64,000 nucleotides of DNA from Pseudomonadota bacterium (GTDB lineage: Bacteria; Pseudomonadota; Gammaproteobacteria; Xanthomonadales; Rhodanobacteraceae), in contig JAJYSM010000001.1 of the NCBI GenBank assembly GCA_021793575.1, forward strand, positions 3,371 through 67,370. The letters are read 5' to 3'. This document shows positions 43,957 to 53,366 of this stretch, in pieces. The notes under the pieces are model-generated. The model made no database searches. It was not told the DNA's origin and saw nothing but the letters and a program-made list of their open reading frames with translations. The translations under genes were made by a program, and so were the position numbers. Numbering within the stretch: position 1 is the stretch's first letter; every line of letters begins with the position of its first letter.

Positions 43957-43993
43957 TCACCAACAATGCGGTGATAGCGTGCAATCCCAATAT
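43957..43993. repeat. 37-bp direct repeat, copy 2 (coincides with the 3' end of the hypothetical gene)
   Basis: TCACCAACAATGCGGTGATAGCGTGCAATCCCAATAT. Confidence 0.9.
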
Positions 43994-44331
43994 CGGACGG
44001 AACAGAATTTACCGACGAAATCATAGAGCTTGCCGCGGCATGTTAGTGACGCAACCTCGTCTGGCGTGGCAGGCCGCAAACCGAGAAATTCGTGGAAGGC
44101 GATGTCATCGATGGTCGGACCATCACTAAGTTCGTACAGCTCGTTGTAGAGCGTCGGCACGCCGATTTGTTCGGCCACGAAATACTCGTAGCTATCGCAG
44201 GCTCCGCGGATCAACAACTCCAGCTTTTCACTGCACTCGCCGCGCAACAACAGCCGACCGGGCGTGCTGACGTTGTCGGCATCGCCGTATCGATAGACGA
44301 AAACGCTGTGCCGCTTTTCAGCCTTCGCCAT
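43957..44331 (-). CDS. Hypothetical protein (resembles uncharacterised mobile-element proteins)
   Basis: MAKAEKRHSVFVYRYGDADN...YFVAEQIGVPTLY...DDIAFHEF; start overlaps the end of the upstream gene. Confidence 0.65.
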   Translation of the reverse strand: MAKAEKRHSVFVYRYGDADNVSTPGRLLLRGECSEKLELLIRGACDSYEYFVAEQIGVPTLYNELYELSDGPTIDDIAFHEFLGLRPATPDEVASLTCRGKLYDFVGKFCSVRYWDCTLSPHCW

Positions 44332-44611
44332 CGTCATCTTCCTCATGATCGAAGTCGTCGAGGAAGTAGATGGCGTCGCGAAGCTCGTCCGTCCAAGGCT
44401 TTTTAGTCATCACGTAGCCCATGCGGTTGACGATGTGGAAACCGGGCGGCGCGTACCAGTTGCCGTCCTCGTCGGAGCCGGATTCGATAATGGTCCAGAC
44501 GTGGTTGAGCGGTTGATCCTTGACGTCCTCGAACTCAAACATAACGCCGCTGGCCTTCTGGATCACGCCCCAGTCATCCTAAAACTCGTCTTCGCTGATG
44601 GTGTCATCCAT
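44318..44611 (-). pseudogene. Acidic hypothetical protein with in-frame TAG at codon 11
   Basis: GGAAAAGAG-ATG 44611: MDDTISEDEF*DDWGVIQKASGVMFEFEDVKDQPLNHVWT...; TAG at 44581-44579. Confidence 0.65.
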
Positions 44612-44620
44612 CTCTTTTCC

Positions 44621-46666
44621 TCAGCGTGTGGCGGATGTGTCCAGCGTGGCCGAGCGATGCCGGCCGATAAAGGCAAGATCGGGAACGAACCGTTCGGGCA
44701 ATTCGATCTGCTTGTCTTCGATCGACCAAAACACCTCATGCAGGAACGCATCCTTGCTGGCCTTGAGCCGCGCGGACAGCACGATGCGCCAGTCGTCGCT
44801 GAGGGTGAAAAGGTGGCTGTCGAACGCCTTGTCATGGATGGCGGAGAGGCATAGCCCATTGCTTGGGTTGAGTCGGTTCGCCTTATCGGCACTCCACGGC
44901 ACGATATGGCTGGCGACGAGCAGGCGCGTGTCGGAGACGCCGGAGATGCAGCAGCGATCGCGATAGCTACTCAGCACCGCGCGACGAAAGAAGTTTTGCT
45001 TGATGCGCTGCTGCACGAGCGCTTGGCGCGTTTCGCCGGTGAAGTCGGTTAGCGCGATGCCATCGGTCTTCTCGACGGGCATGTCGTCGTTCAGACCATG
45101 CTCGCGCAGCAAGTATTGGCGGAGTTGCTCGCACTCGACGGCGAGTCGTTCCCAGTCGGCATGGAATTCGTTCCAAATCTCCTCGTCGAGGTGGGAGTGA
45201 TTCGTCAAGCCCACCCTTCCGCTCGCAATGATCGCCGGATCCAGACCTGCGAGGTTTCCGCATTTCCTTGCCACCGCACTGGGCGTTCGACCGATGAGTC
45301 TGGCGAGCTCGATGAGCTTTTTGTTCCGTGAGTGAAGTTGCCCAAATGGCGTCTGGCAATAAAAATGAAACGCGAGCTTGGTCTGCTCCGGTGTCCACAG
45401 TCCGCTGCTCGAAAAAGCGTTGGATGAGACGGTGAGCGTGTCGGTCACGGCAGCTTCCTTGGCAATGAGCTTGGAAGCCACACACTTTGCTACCGCATCG
45501 ATCATCGGCACAACCGCCGCTTCGGCGATGAGCTGGTAAGCCTGCGTATCGCTCACCGGTATCTTGAAGCTGTCCGGCAAGCCCATCAGCCGCGCGCACT
45601 CCCGCGGCGTCAGTCTTCGGGGTCGCTTTCGCGCACCCTGCGATACCAGCACTTCCGAGCCGTCCTTGTAGTAGCGGGCGGACAGCGTGCGGGTGACGCT
45701 GTCGCCGTCGACCAGCCCGAAGCCGAAGCCGTTGCCGGCGGCCTTGTGCTTGGCGGCGTAGGTCTGCAGGTAGGTCCACAGGTTGGCGGTGAGCGTGTAG
45801 CGGGCGTCGATCTTCGCCTTCGGGCCGATGGTGTAGTGCGACTCGGGCAGTTCGCTGCCGTCCTGCGGGTGCAGGATGGATTTCAGGCGCGGGCCGTCCT
45901 TGGGCAGCTGCAGGTCGTCCCACGCGAAATCGGTCGGCTCGCGGAAGCCGACGATGAGGATGCGCTCGCGGTGCTGCGGCACGAAGTGCTGGCCGTCGAT
46001 GACCTTGCAGTGGATGTGATAACCGAGGTCTTTTTCCAGCACCTTCCTGATCACGCGAAAGGTGTTGCCCTTGTCGTGGCTGACCAGGTTCTTCACGTTC
46101 TCCAGCAGGAACGCCGCAGGCCGTTTCGCCTTGATGATGCGCGCCACGTCGAAGAACAGCGTGTCCTGCGTCTCGTCGGCGAAGCCGTGCGCGCGGCCGA
46201 GCGAGTTCTTTTTCGACACGCCGGCAATGCTGAAGGGCTGGCAGGGAAAGCCGGCCAGCAGCACGTCGTGGTCGGGGACGTCACGCTCGTCCACCGTGGT
46301 GATGTCGCCGGCGAACGCGTGGGCGGCGTCGGGGAAGTTGGCCAGATAGGTTTTCTGCGCGTACGGGTTCCATTCGCTGGTGAACACGCAGCGCCCGCCG
46401 TGCGCCTCGAAGCCGATGCGGATGCCGCCGATGCCGGCGAACAGATCGATGAAGGTGAAGGCGGCGGCGCCTTTTCCGGACTGCGGCTCCAGTGGCAGCA
46501 GACGCTGGCGGATGGCGTCGACGTGATAGGCCGGCGGCTCGGTTTCACCCAGCTGCCAGCGCCGCACGGTGCGTGCGTTGACGCCGAGCAGATCGGCGAG
46601 CTCCTTCTGCGTGTAACGACCGTGCAGGCTGGCCAGCAGGTGCCGGATGTCTTCCATGAAGTACAT
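44621..46666 (-). CDS. dcm: Fusion: XRE-HTH + Dcm-like C5-cytosine methyltransferase + HNH endonuclease
   Basis: One open frame: TQKELADLLGVNARTVRRW (HTH); DLFAGIGG, GFPCQPFS, ENV, QHRER, RRLTPRECARLMG (C5 MTase); RCCISG...ASHIVPW...NGLCLSAIHDKAFD (HNH_2). Start 46666 or 46657. Confidence 0.88.
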   Translation of the reverse strand: MYFMEDIRHLLASLHGRYTQKELADLLGVNARTVRRWQLGETEPPAYHVDAIRQRLLPLEPQSGKGAAAFTFIDLFAGIGGIRIGFEAHGGRCVFTSEWNPYAQKTYLANFPDAAHAFAGDITTVDERDVPDHDVLLAGFPCQPFSIAGVSKKNSLGRAHGFADETQDTLFFDVARIIKAKRPAAFLLENVKNLVSHDKGNTFRVIRKVLEKDLGYHIHCKVIDGQHFVPQHRERILIVGFREPTDFAWDDLQLPKDGPRLKSILHPQDGSELPESHYTIGPKAKIDARYTLTANLWTYLQTYAAKHKAAGNGFGFGLVDGDSVTRTLSARYYKDGSEVLVSQGARKRPRRLTPRECARLMGLPDSFKIPVSDTQAYQLIAEAAVVPMIDAVAKCVASKLIAKEAAVTDTLTVSSNAFSSSGLWTPEQTKLAFHFYCQTPFGQLHSRNKKLIELARLIGRTPSAVARKCGNLAGLDPAIIASGRVGLTNHSHLDEEIWNEFHADWERLAVECEQLRQYLLREHGLNDDMPVEKTDGIALTDFTGETRQALVQQRIKQNFFRRAVLSSYRDRCCISGVSDTRLLVASHIVPWSADKANRLNPSNGLCLSAIHDKAFDSHLFTLSDDWRIVLSARLKASKDAFLHEVFWSIEDKQIELPERFVPDLAFIGRHRSATLDTSATR

Positions 46667-46685
46667 TCTCGCTATGGGATAATAT

Positions 46686-46702
46686 GCGGCCAGTCTGTCC
46701 GC
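46686..46702. promoter_or_regulatory. 17-bp near-palindrome upstream of the HTH-MTase (putative autoregulatory site)
   Basis: Minus strand GCGGACAGACTGGCCGC directly before TATTAT (46684-46679), about 20 bp from the ATG. Confidence 0.5.
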
Positions 46703-46790
46703 TTTATTTCCCTTTTTCAAGTGCTCCGACAGATGGCCCGGGGCGGAATCAGCCGACCTGATTGGTGTCGAACCTCAGCACACCACCGAT

Positions 46791-46922
46791 CCGGTTCCCG
46801 CCGAGCCCTTCGACGGGCTCAGGACAGGCGTAGCTTGCGCAAGCAAGCGAAGTCCGGTCGAAGCGCTGAATGGTCGATGCCCTTCGACTTCGGCGCTACG
46901 CGCCTGCGCTCAGGGCGAACGG
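46791..46922. repeat. Degenerate REP-like palindromic element (CCCTTCGAC...GCTCAGG type)
   Basis: Two CCCTTCGAC...GCTCAGG units (46806, 46880), with a left arm partly complementary to ...GCTCAGGGCGAACGG. Confidence 0.55.
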
Positions 46923-47044
46923 TGGGAGGCCCAGCTGAGGTTGGGCGCGAATAAGGTCAGCCGATGACGCTGCCCCGGATTTTTGCCAGAGAGTTCACCA
47001 TCAAGGCTGAAACCCTCACTTGCAGTGAGGATTATTCCTCTCTT

Positions 47045-48223
47045 TCAAGACCTGGTCTGCAGCTCGGCATCCATCGGCGGCCATGTACCCGCGGTACTGC
47101 GCTGTTGGTACCAACGATGCATCGCGGCGTCATCCACCGCGTATTCGCCGCGGGCGGATTTCCAGACCAGCGAGGGCATGTGCTGGCGCAGGCTTTCGAG
47201 CGCGCTTTGCGCCTGCTGCGCCGTCACCCGTTTGCCGGTTTTGTGGTGGTAGAAGCGTAACGCCTCGGCATCGTAGGGGCGAAAGCGCTGCGACTGTTCC
47301 AGCAACCGCCACAGCACGGCGCGTTCAAGTGGCTTGAGGCCGATGAAGTCGGATTCCATCTGCGCTTCGTCATCGCGCTGCCGCTGGTTGGCGGCCCCGA
47401 GTACCGCCGGTTCAAAGCGTCCGGCCGTGCCGGAGAGTGGACTCAAGGCTTGCCCCAGCGCCTCCATGAAAAACTGTGGCCGCTGGCCGAATTGACGAAA
47501 GGCCTCGGCAAGCATCGGTGCATCGACAGGACGCAGATCCGGCCGCTGTGCTTCGACCAGCCTGGCGATATGGTCGATGAAGTCCTCACCAAGCTCCGGC
47601 ATGCGCTGGATCTGCGAGCCGTAGAACGGCGCACCGTTGGTATGCACCAGGCGCAGCAACTTGTCCCGATCGGAGCCGGACATCACCAGCATCAGGTTGA
47701 CCTTGCCCGGCGCATTGAGCTGGTCGCGCGCGGATTTGAGGGCCGCCATGACCGCTTCACCCGCCTCACTGACCAGCGCGTGCTGCGCTTCGTCAATCAG
47801 CAAGGCCACCGGCACCTTCGCCGCGTCATGCAGGGCGCGCAATGCATCCGGCAGGGTGGTGCCGTCCGCGCGGCCAATCCTGCTGACGTCAATCTTCAGC
47901 GCGCCGGCAACATTGACGCTCTCCAGCCCGGACGCCTTGGCGGCTCTGGCCACCAACCCAAGATGCGGCTGGAGTGCACGGCCCACGGCATCCGCGATGA
48001 GGCTGCCCGGATCACGACGCTGATCGGACCAGAGATCCACATACACCACGATCATCCCCTGACGCTCCAGCTCAGGCTTCAGATCGGATTGCAAAAACGT
48101 GGACTTGCCGGTGCGGCGCGGGGCAGCAAGAAACAAGCCGTTGTGCGCGTCGCCGAAAATATCCTTGCCCTGCAAGGCCCGCGCAAGCTGGCGCGCCAGC
48201 TCAGTCCGAGGGAAATGGAGCAT
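47045..48223 (-). CDS. P-loop ATPase with C-terminal winged-helix-like region
   Basis: LAAPRRTGKST Walker A, LLIDEAQ Walker B, VMSGS, C-terminal AQSALESLR...LVWKSARGEY. Confidence 0.82.
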   Translation of the reverse strand: MLHFPRTELARQLARALQGKDIFGDAHNGLFLAAPRRTGKSTFLQSDLKPELERQGMIVVYVDLWSDQRRDPGSLIADAVGRALQPHLGLVARAAKASGLESVNVAGALKIDVSRIGRADGTTLPDALRALHDAAKVPVALLIDEAQHALVSEAGEAVMAALKSARDQLNAPGKVNLMLVMSGSDRDKLLRLVHTNGAPFYGSQIQRMPELGEDFIDHIARLVEAQRPDLRPVDAPMLAEAFRQFGQRPQFFMEALGQALSPLSGTAGRFEPAVLGAANQRQRDDEAQMESDFIGLKPLERAVLWRLLEQSQRFRPYDAEALRFYHHKTGKRVTAQQAQSALESLRQHMPSLVWKSARGEYAVDDAAMHRWYQQRSTAGTWPPMDAELQTRS

Positions 48224-48251
48224 GCTTTTATGCGCCTTTAGTAGGTTTTCA

Positions 48252-48277
48252 TAAATTATCTTTTCTAGGATAATTTA
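48252..48277. promoter_or_regulatory. AT-rich 9-8-9 inverted repeat upstream of the ATPase gene
   Basis: TAAATTATC-TTTTCTAG-GATAATTTA. Confidence 0.55.
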
Positions 48278-48429
48278 GCATAATTTAATGATGCCCAGAC
48301 ATGTTGCCCCAGTCGACCCGGGCAATGCCGTCGTCAAATTCATGCTCGCGACATGGCAAGTCGTGCAAGAGCAATTCTGCCGCTCTGCCCGATGCCCAGC
48401 CGATCACACGCCTGCACGTGAATGCCGGA

Positions 48430-51400
48430 TCAGATCGCCGGCTGCGGCTTGCCCAGCGCTTTGAGCCGCTTTTTCTCCGCCTTGGCGGCCTTGCGTGCGG
48501 CGCGGCGTTCGATGCGGCCGGCCTTGCGGATCTTGCGGTCGTGGTTCCACAGGTAGATCGCCGGGGTGCTCAGCAGGGTCAGCAGCTGCGACACCAGCAG
48601 GCCGCCGACGATGGCGATGCCGAGCGGTTGGCGCATTTCCGAGCCGATGCCGAAGCCGATCGCCAGCGGCAGCGCCGCGCCCATCGCCACCAGTGTGGTC
48701 ATGGTGATCGGGCGGAAGCGCACCAGCGCCGCCTCGCGGATCGCGTCGGGCGCGGACAGGCCGCGCTCGCGCTCGCCGACCAGCGCGAAGTCGACCATCA
48801 AAATCGCGTTCTTCTTGACGATGCCGATCAGCATCAGGATCGCGATGATCGCCATCAGCGAGATCTGCGTCTGCGTCACCAGCATGGCGAGGAACGCGCC
48901 GGCGCCGGCGGCCGGCAGCGTGGACAGGATGGTCAGCGGGTGGCCGAGGCTTTCGTAGAGGATGCCCAGCACGATGTACATCGCGATGATCGAGCCGAGC
49001 AGCAGGATCATGCCGTTGGACTGCGCCTGCTGCAGGCGCTGGTTGTCGCCGGTGAACTCGACCTTGACGCCGGCTGGCAGCCCCACCGCGTAGGCGGCCT
49101 GCTTGACCAGCGCGATGCCGCGATTCTGCGCCACGCCCTTGGCCAGGTTGTAGGTGAGTGTGGCCGCTTCCATCTGGTTGTGATGGCGAATGCGGATCGG
49201 GCTCATGCCCGGTTTGATCTGCGCCAGCGCGGACAGCGGAATCATCTTGCCCAGATCGCTGCGCACGCGCACATTCAGCAGCGCCTGCGGGCTCACGCTC
49301 TGCGCCGGGTTGGCGGTCAGCACCACCCAGTACTGATTGATGTCGGAGTAGATCTGCGACACCTGGCGCTGGCCGAACGAGCTGAACAGCGCGGTGTCGA
49401 TGGCGCCCATGCTGACGTGCAGGCGGGCGGCGGCGGCGCGATCGACCTGCACCTGCTGCTGCTTGCCGACCAGGTCGAAGTCGCTGCCGACGTCGCGGAA
49501 CTCCTTGATCGTGCGCATCTGCCGCACCATCTTCAGCGCCCACGGCTGCAGGTTGCCGCCGGTGCTGCTGATCAGCTGGAATTCGTACTGGCCGCCGGCG
49601 TCGCCGCTGCCGCCGCCGCCGAGAAACTGCACCGGACTGATCGACACCTGCACGTCGGGCAGCGCGTCGTAGATTTTCGCCAGCCGGCGAATGATCTGCT
49701 TGATGTCCTGCGGCCGCTCGCCCGGGCCGCTGCCGCGCGGCTTGAGGTCGACGAACATGCGCGCGCTGTTGCCCACCGCGCCGCCGCCACCGCCCATGCC
49801 GCCGAGCATGGTGAGCATGTCGAGCACCGCCGGGTCGGCGTGCATGATCCTGATCACCTGCTGCGTGCGCGTGGCCAGCAGGGTCGGCGAGATGTTGGCA
49901 TCGGCGCGGATGCTGAGCTCGAGCTGACCGGTGTCCTCTTCCGGCATGAAGCTGCCGCCGGCGGTCTTGGCCACCGCGAAGGCCAGCACGCCGGTGAGGA
50001 TCAGCAGGGTCAGCGGCTGCCAGCGCATGATCCGCCGATGACGCATGGCCCAGTCCAGCGCGCGCTCGTAGCGGCGCTGCAGGCCGCGGTCGAAGCGTTC
50101 CACCGCCAGCTCAAGGCGGCCGGGCGGCGTGACGCGCGCGGCCTCGTGCTTGAGAAAATGCGCGCACAGCGCCGGCGTGAGCGTGAGCGAGACGATCGCC
50201 GAGATCACCACCGCGGCGGTCAGCGTCACCGAAAACTCGCGCAGCAGCATCACCAGCATGTTGTTGCCGAACAGCAGCGGCGCGAATACCGCCACCAGCG
50301 ACAGCGTGATCGAGACCACCGTGAAGCCGATCTCGCCGACGCCGCTCATCGCCGCCTGCATCGGCGTCTCGCCGCGCTCCATGTGGCGCACGATGTTCTC
50401 GATCACCACGATGGCGTCGTCCACCACGAAGCCGATGCACAGCACCAGCGCCACCAGCGACAGCGTGTTGAGCGTATAGCCGAGCGTCCACATCACCACG
50501 AACGCGCCGGCCAGCGACAGCGGCACGCTGAGCATGGCGATCAGCGTGGGCCGCAGCCGGCGCAGGAACACCAGCATCACCAGCACCACCATCGCAATCG
50601 AGATCAACAGCGCCACCTTGACCTCGTGCAGCGCCGACTTGGTGGTCTGGGTGAGATCGAACACCGGCGTGATACTGACGTTCGACGGCAACGATGCGCG
50701 CAGCTGCGGCAGACGGGCGCGAATCGCCTCCACCGTGGCCACCGCGTTGGCCTCCGGCCGCTTGGTGATCTGCAGCCCGACCGTGCGCGCGGTGCCGCTG
50801 CCGATGCTGGAAAACCACGCCGCCTGATATTTGTCCTGCTGGCCGCTGTAGACGCGGGCCACGTCGGACAGCCGCACCGGCGTGCCGTTTTTCACCGCGA
50901 TCAGCAGCCGGGCGAACTCCTCCGGACGCTGCAGGCCGTCGTTGGCGGTCACCGTCATCTGCGTGTGGCCGTCGCTCAGCGTACCCAGCGGCGAGGTGAC
51001 GTTGGCCGCACGCAGCGCGTTGGCCACGTCGTTGGCGGTGAGCCCCTTGGCCGCCAGCGCGTTGTTGTCCAGGTCGATCCGCACCGCGTGCGGCGTGCCG
51101 CCGAACACCTCCACCTGCGCCACGCCGCTGATCTGCGCCACCGCCGGTTTCAGCAGGGTGTCGGCCAGGTCGAACAGCTTGTCCTGCGGCAGCCCGGTCG
51201 AGGTCAGCGTGATGAACAGGATCGGGATCTGCGAGGTGTCGAACTTGAAGAACGCCGGCGGCGCCGGCAGGCCCGGCGGCAGATCCACCGCGGCCGCGTT
51301 GATCGCCGCCTGCACGTCGCGCGCAGCGCCGTCGGAGGTGCGCCCGAAATGGAAGCGCACCATCACCGAGGCCGAACCTTCGGTGGCATTGCCGTACATC

Positions 51401-51636
51401 TCGTCGACGCCGGGAATCTGCCCCAGATGCCGCTCCAGCGGCGCCAGCACGGTGTTGGCCATGGTCTGCGCGCTGGCGCCGGGCTGCTCCGCCACCACGT
51501 ACACGCCGGGAAAATCCAGCGACGGCAGCGCCGCCACGCCGAGCAGCAGGTAGGCGCAGATGCCCGCCAGGGTCAGGCCCAGCGCCAGCAGCGAGGCGCC
51601 GGCCGGGCGGCGGATCAGGGGGGCGAAAATGTTCAT
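48430..51636 (-). CDS. RND permease, second MdtC-like paralogue
   Basis: MNIFAPLIRRP, VVDDAIVVIENI, IGIVKKNAILMVDFA, RFRPITMTT. Confidence 0.92.
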   Translation of the reverse strand: MNIFAPLIRRPAGASLLALGLTLAGICAYLLLGVAALPSLDFPGVYVVAEQPGASAQTMANTVLAPLERHLGQIPGVDEMYGNATEGSASVMVRFHFGRTSDGAARDVQAAINAAAVDLPPGLPAPPAFFKFDTSQIPILFITLTSTGLPQDKLFDLADTLLKPAVAQISGVAQVEVFGGTPHAVRIDLDNNALAAKGLTANDVANALRAANVTSPLGTLSDGHTQMTVTANDGLQRPEEFARLLIAVKNGTPVRLSDVARVYSGQQDKYQAAWFSSIGSGTARTVGLQITKRPEANAVATVEAIRARLPQLRASLPSNVSITPVFDLTQTTKSALHEVKVALLISIAMVVLVMLVFLRRLRPTLIAMLSVPLSLAGAFVVMWTLGYTLNTLSLVALVLCIGFVVDDAIVVIENIVRHMERGETPMQAAMSGVGEIGFTVVSITLSLVAVFAPLLFGNNMLVMLLREFSVTLTAAVVISAIVSLTLTPALCAHFLKHEAARVTPPGRLELAVERFDRGLQRRYERALDWAMRHRRIMRWQPLTLLILTGVLAFAVAKTAGGSFMPEEDTGQLELSIRADANISPTLLATRTQQVIRIMHADPAVLDMLTMLGGMGGGGGAVGNSARMFVDLKPRGSGPGERPQDIKQIIRRLAKIYDALPDVQVSISPVQFLGGGGSGDAGGQYEFQLISSTGGNLQPWALKMVRQMRTIKEFRDVGSDFDLVGKQQQVQVDRAAAARLHVSMGAIDTALFSSFGQRQVSQIYSDINQYWVVLTANPAQSVSPQALLNVRVRSDLGKMIPLSALAQIKPGMSPIRIRHHNQMEAATLTYNLAKGVAQNRGIALVKQAAYAVGLPAGVKVEFTGDNQRLQQAQSNGMILLLGSIIAMYIVLGILYESLGHPLTILSTLPAAGAGAFLAMLVTQTQISLMAIIAILMLIGIVKKNAILMVDFALVGERERGLSAPDAIREAALVRFRPITMTTLVAMGAALPLAIGFGIGSEMRQPLGIAIVGGLLVSQLLTLLSTPAIYLWNHDRKIRKAGRIERRAARKAAKAEKKRLKALGKPQPAI

Positions 51637-51852
51637 GGGGCTTCCGTGGCGGCCAAGCATAGCGGCGCACCGCCATGCGCGGACAGGCGTCCACTCGCCG
51701 GCGGGCTGGCAATAGCAGCGATGCAGGTTTCGATCATGCCGGCTTTATGCCCGTTGTCGCGCCCCGGCGTATGTGCCTTAAGTCCCCACCGTGTCGGAAG
51801 GCATGGGGCGCCGCTGCCGCAAATGGTCGCGGTCCACACCATCATCACCGCA

Positions 51853-53232
<1,380 letters not shown>

Positions 53233-53261
53233 GAGGCTGTCCCGGTTGCTTCGCGCTTACT

Positions 53262-53340
53262 GTGGGAGCGACTTCAGTCGCGATGCGGTTGCACTCGGAT
53301 CGGATCAAAACAGGAGCATCGCGACTGAAGTCGCTCCCAC
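53262..53340. repeat. REP inverted pair (Xanthomonadales type)
   Basis: GTGGGAGCGACTTCAGTCGCGATGC ... GCATCGCGACTGAAGTCGCTCCCAC, 25-bp perfect arms. Confidence 0.9.
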
Positions 53341-53366
53341 CCTCTTCCATGCGATCGATATTTGGT

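Noticed and set aside
42263-44000. Integron attC sites or a CRISPR array explaining the repeats around the TA genes
   Set aside because: Only two copies 1.57 kb apart, no RYYYAAC/GTTRRRY boxes, and no intI or cas genes.
43482-44129. 215-aa plus-strand ORF as a real gene
   Set aside because: It is a chimera of the off-frame RES 3' end, the MFS fragment and the antisense of the hypothetical gene.
41358-48429. tRNA target, integrase or terminal repeats delimiting the whole islet
   Set aside because: None visible; the left and right boundary sequences share no convincing repeat.
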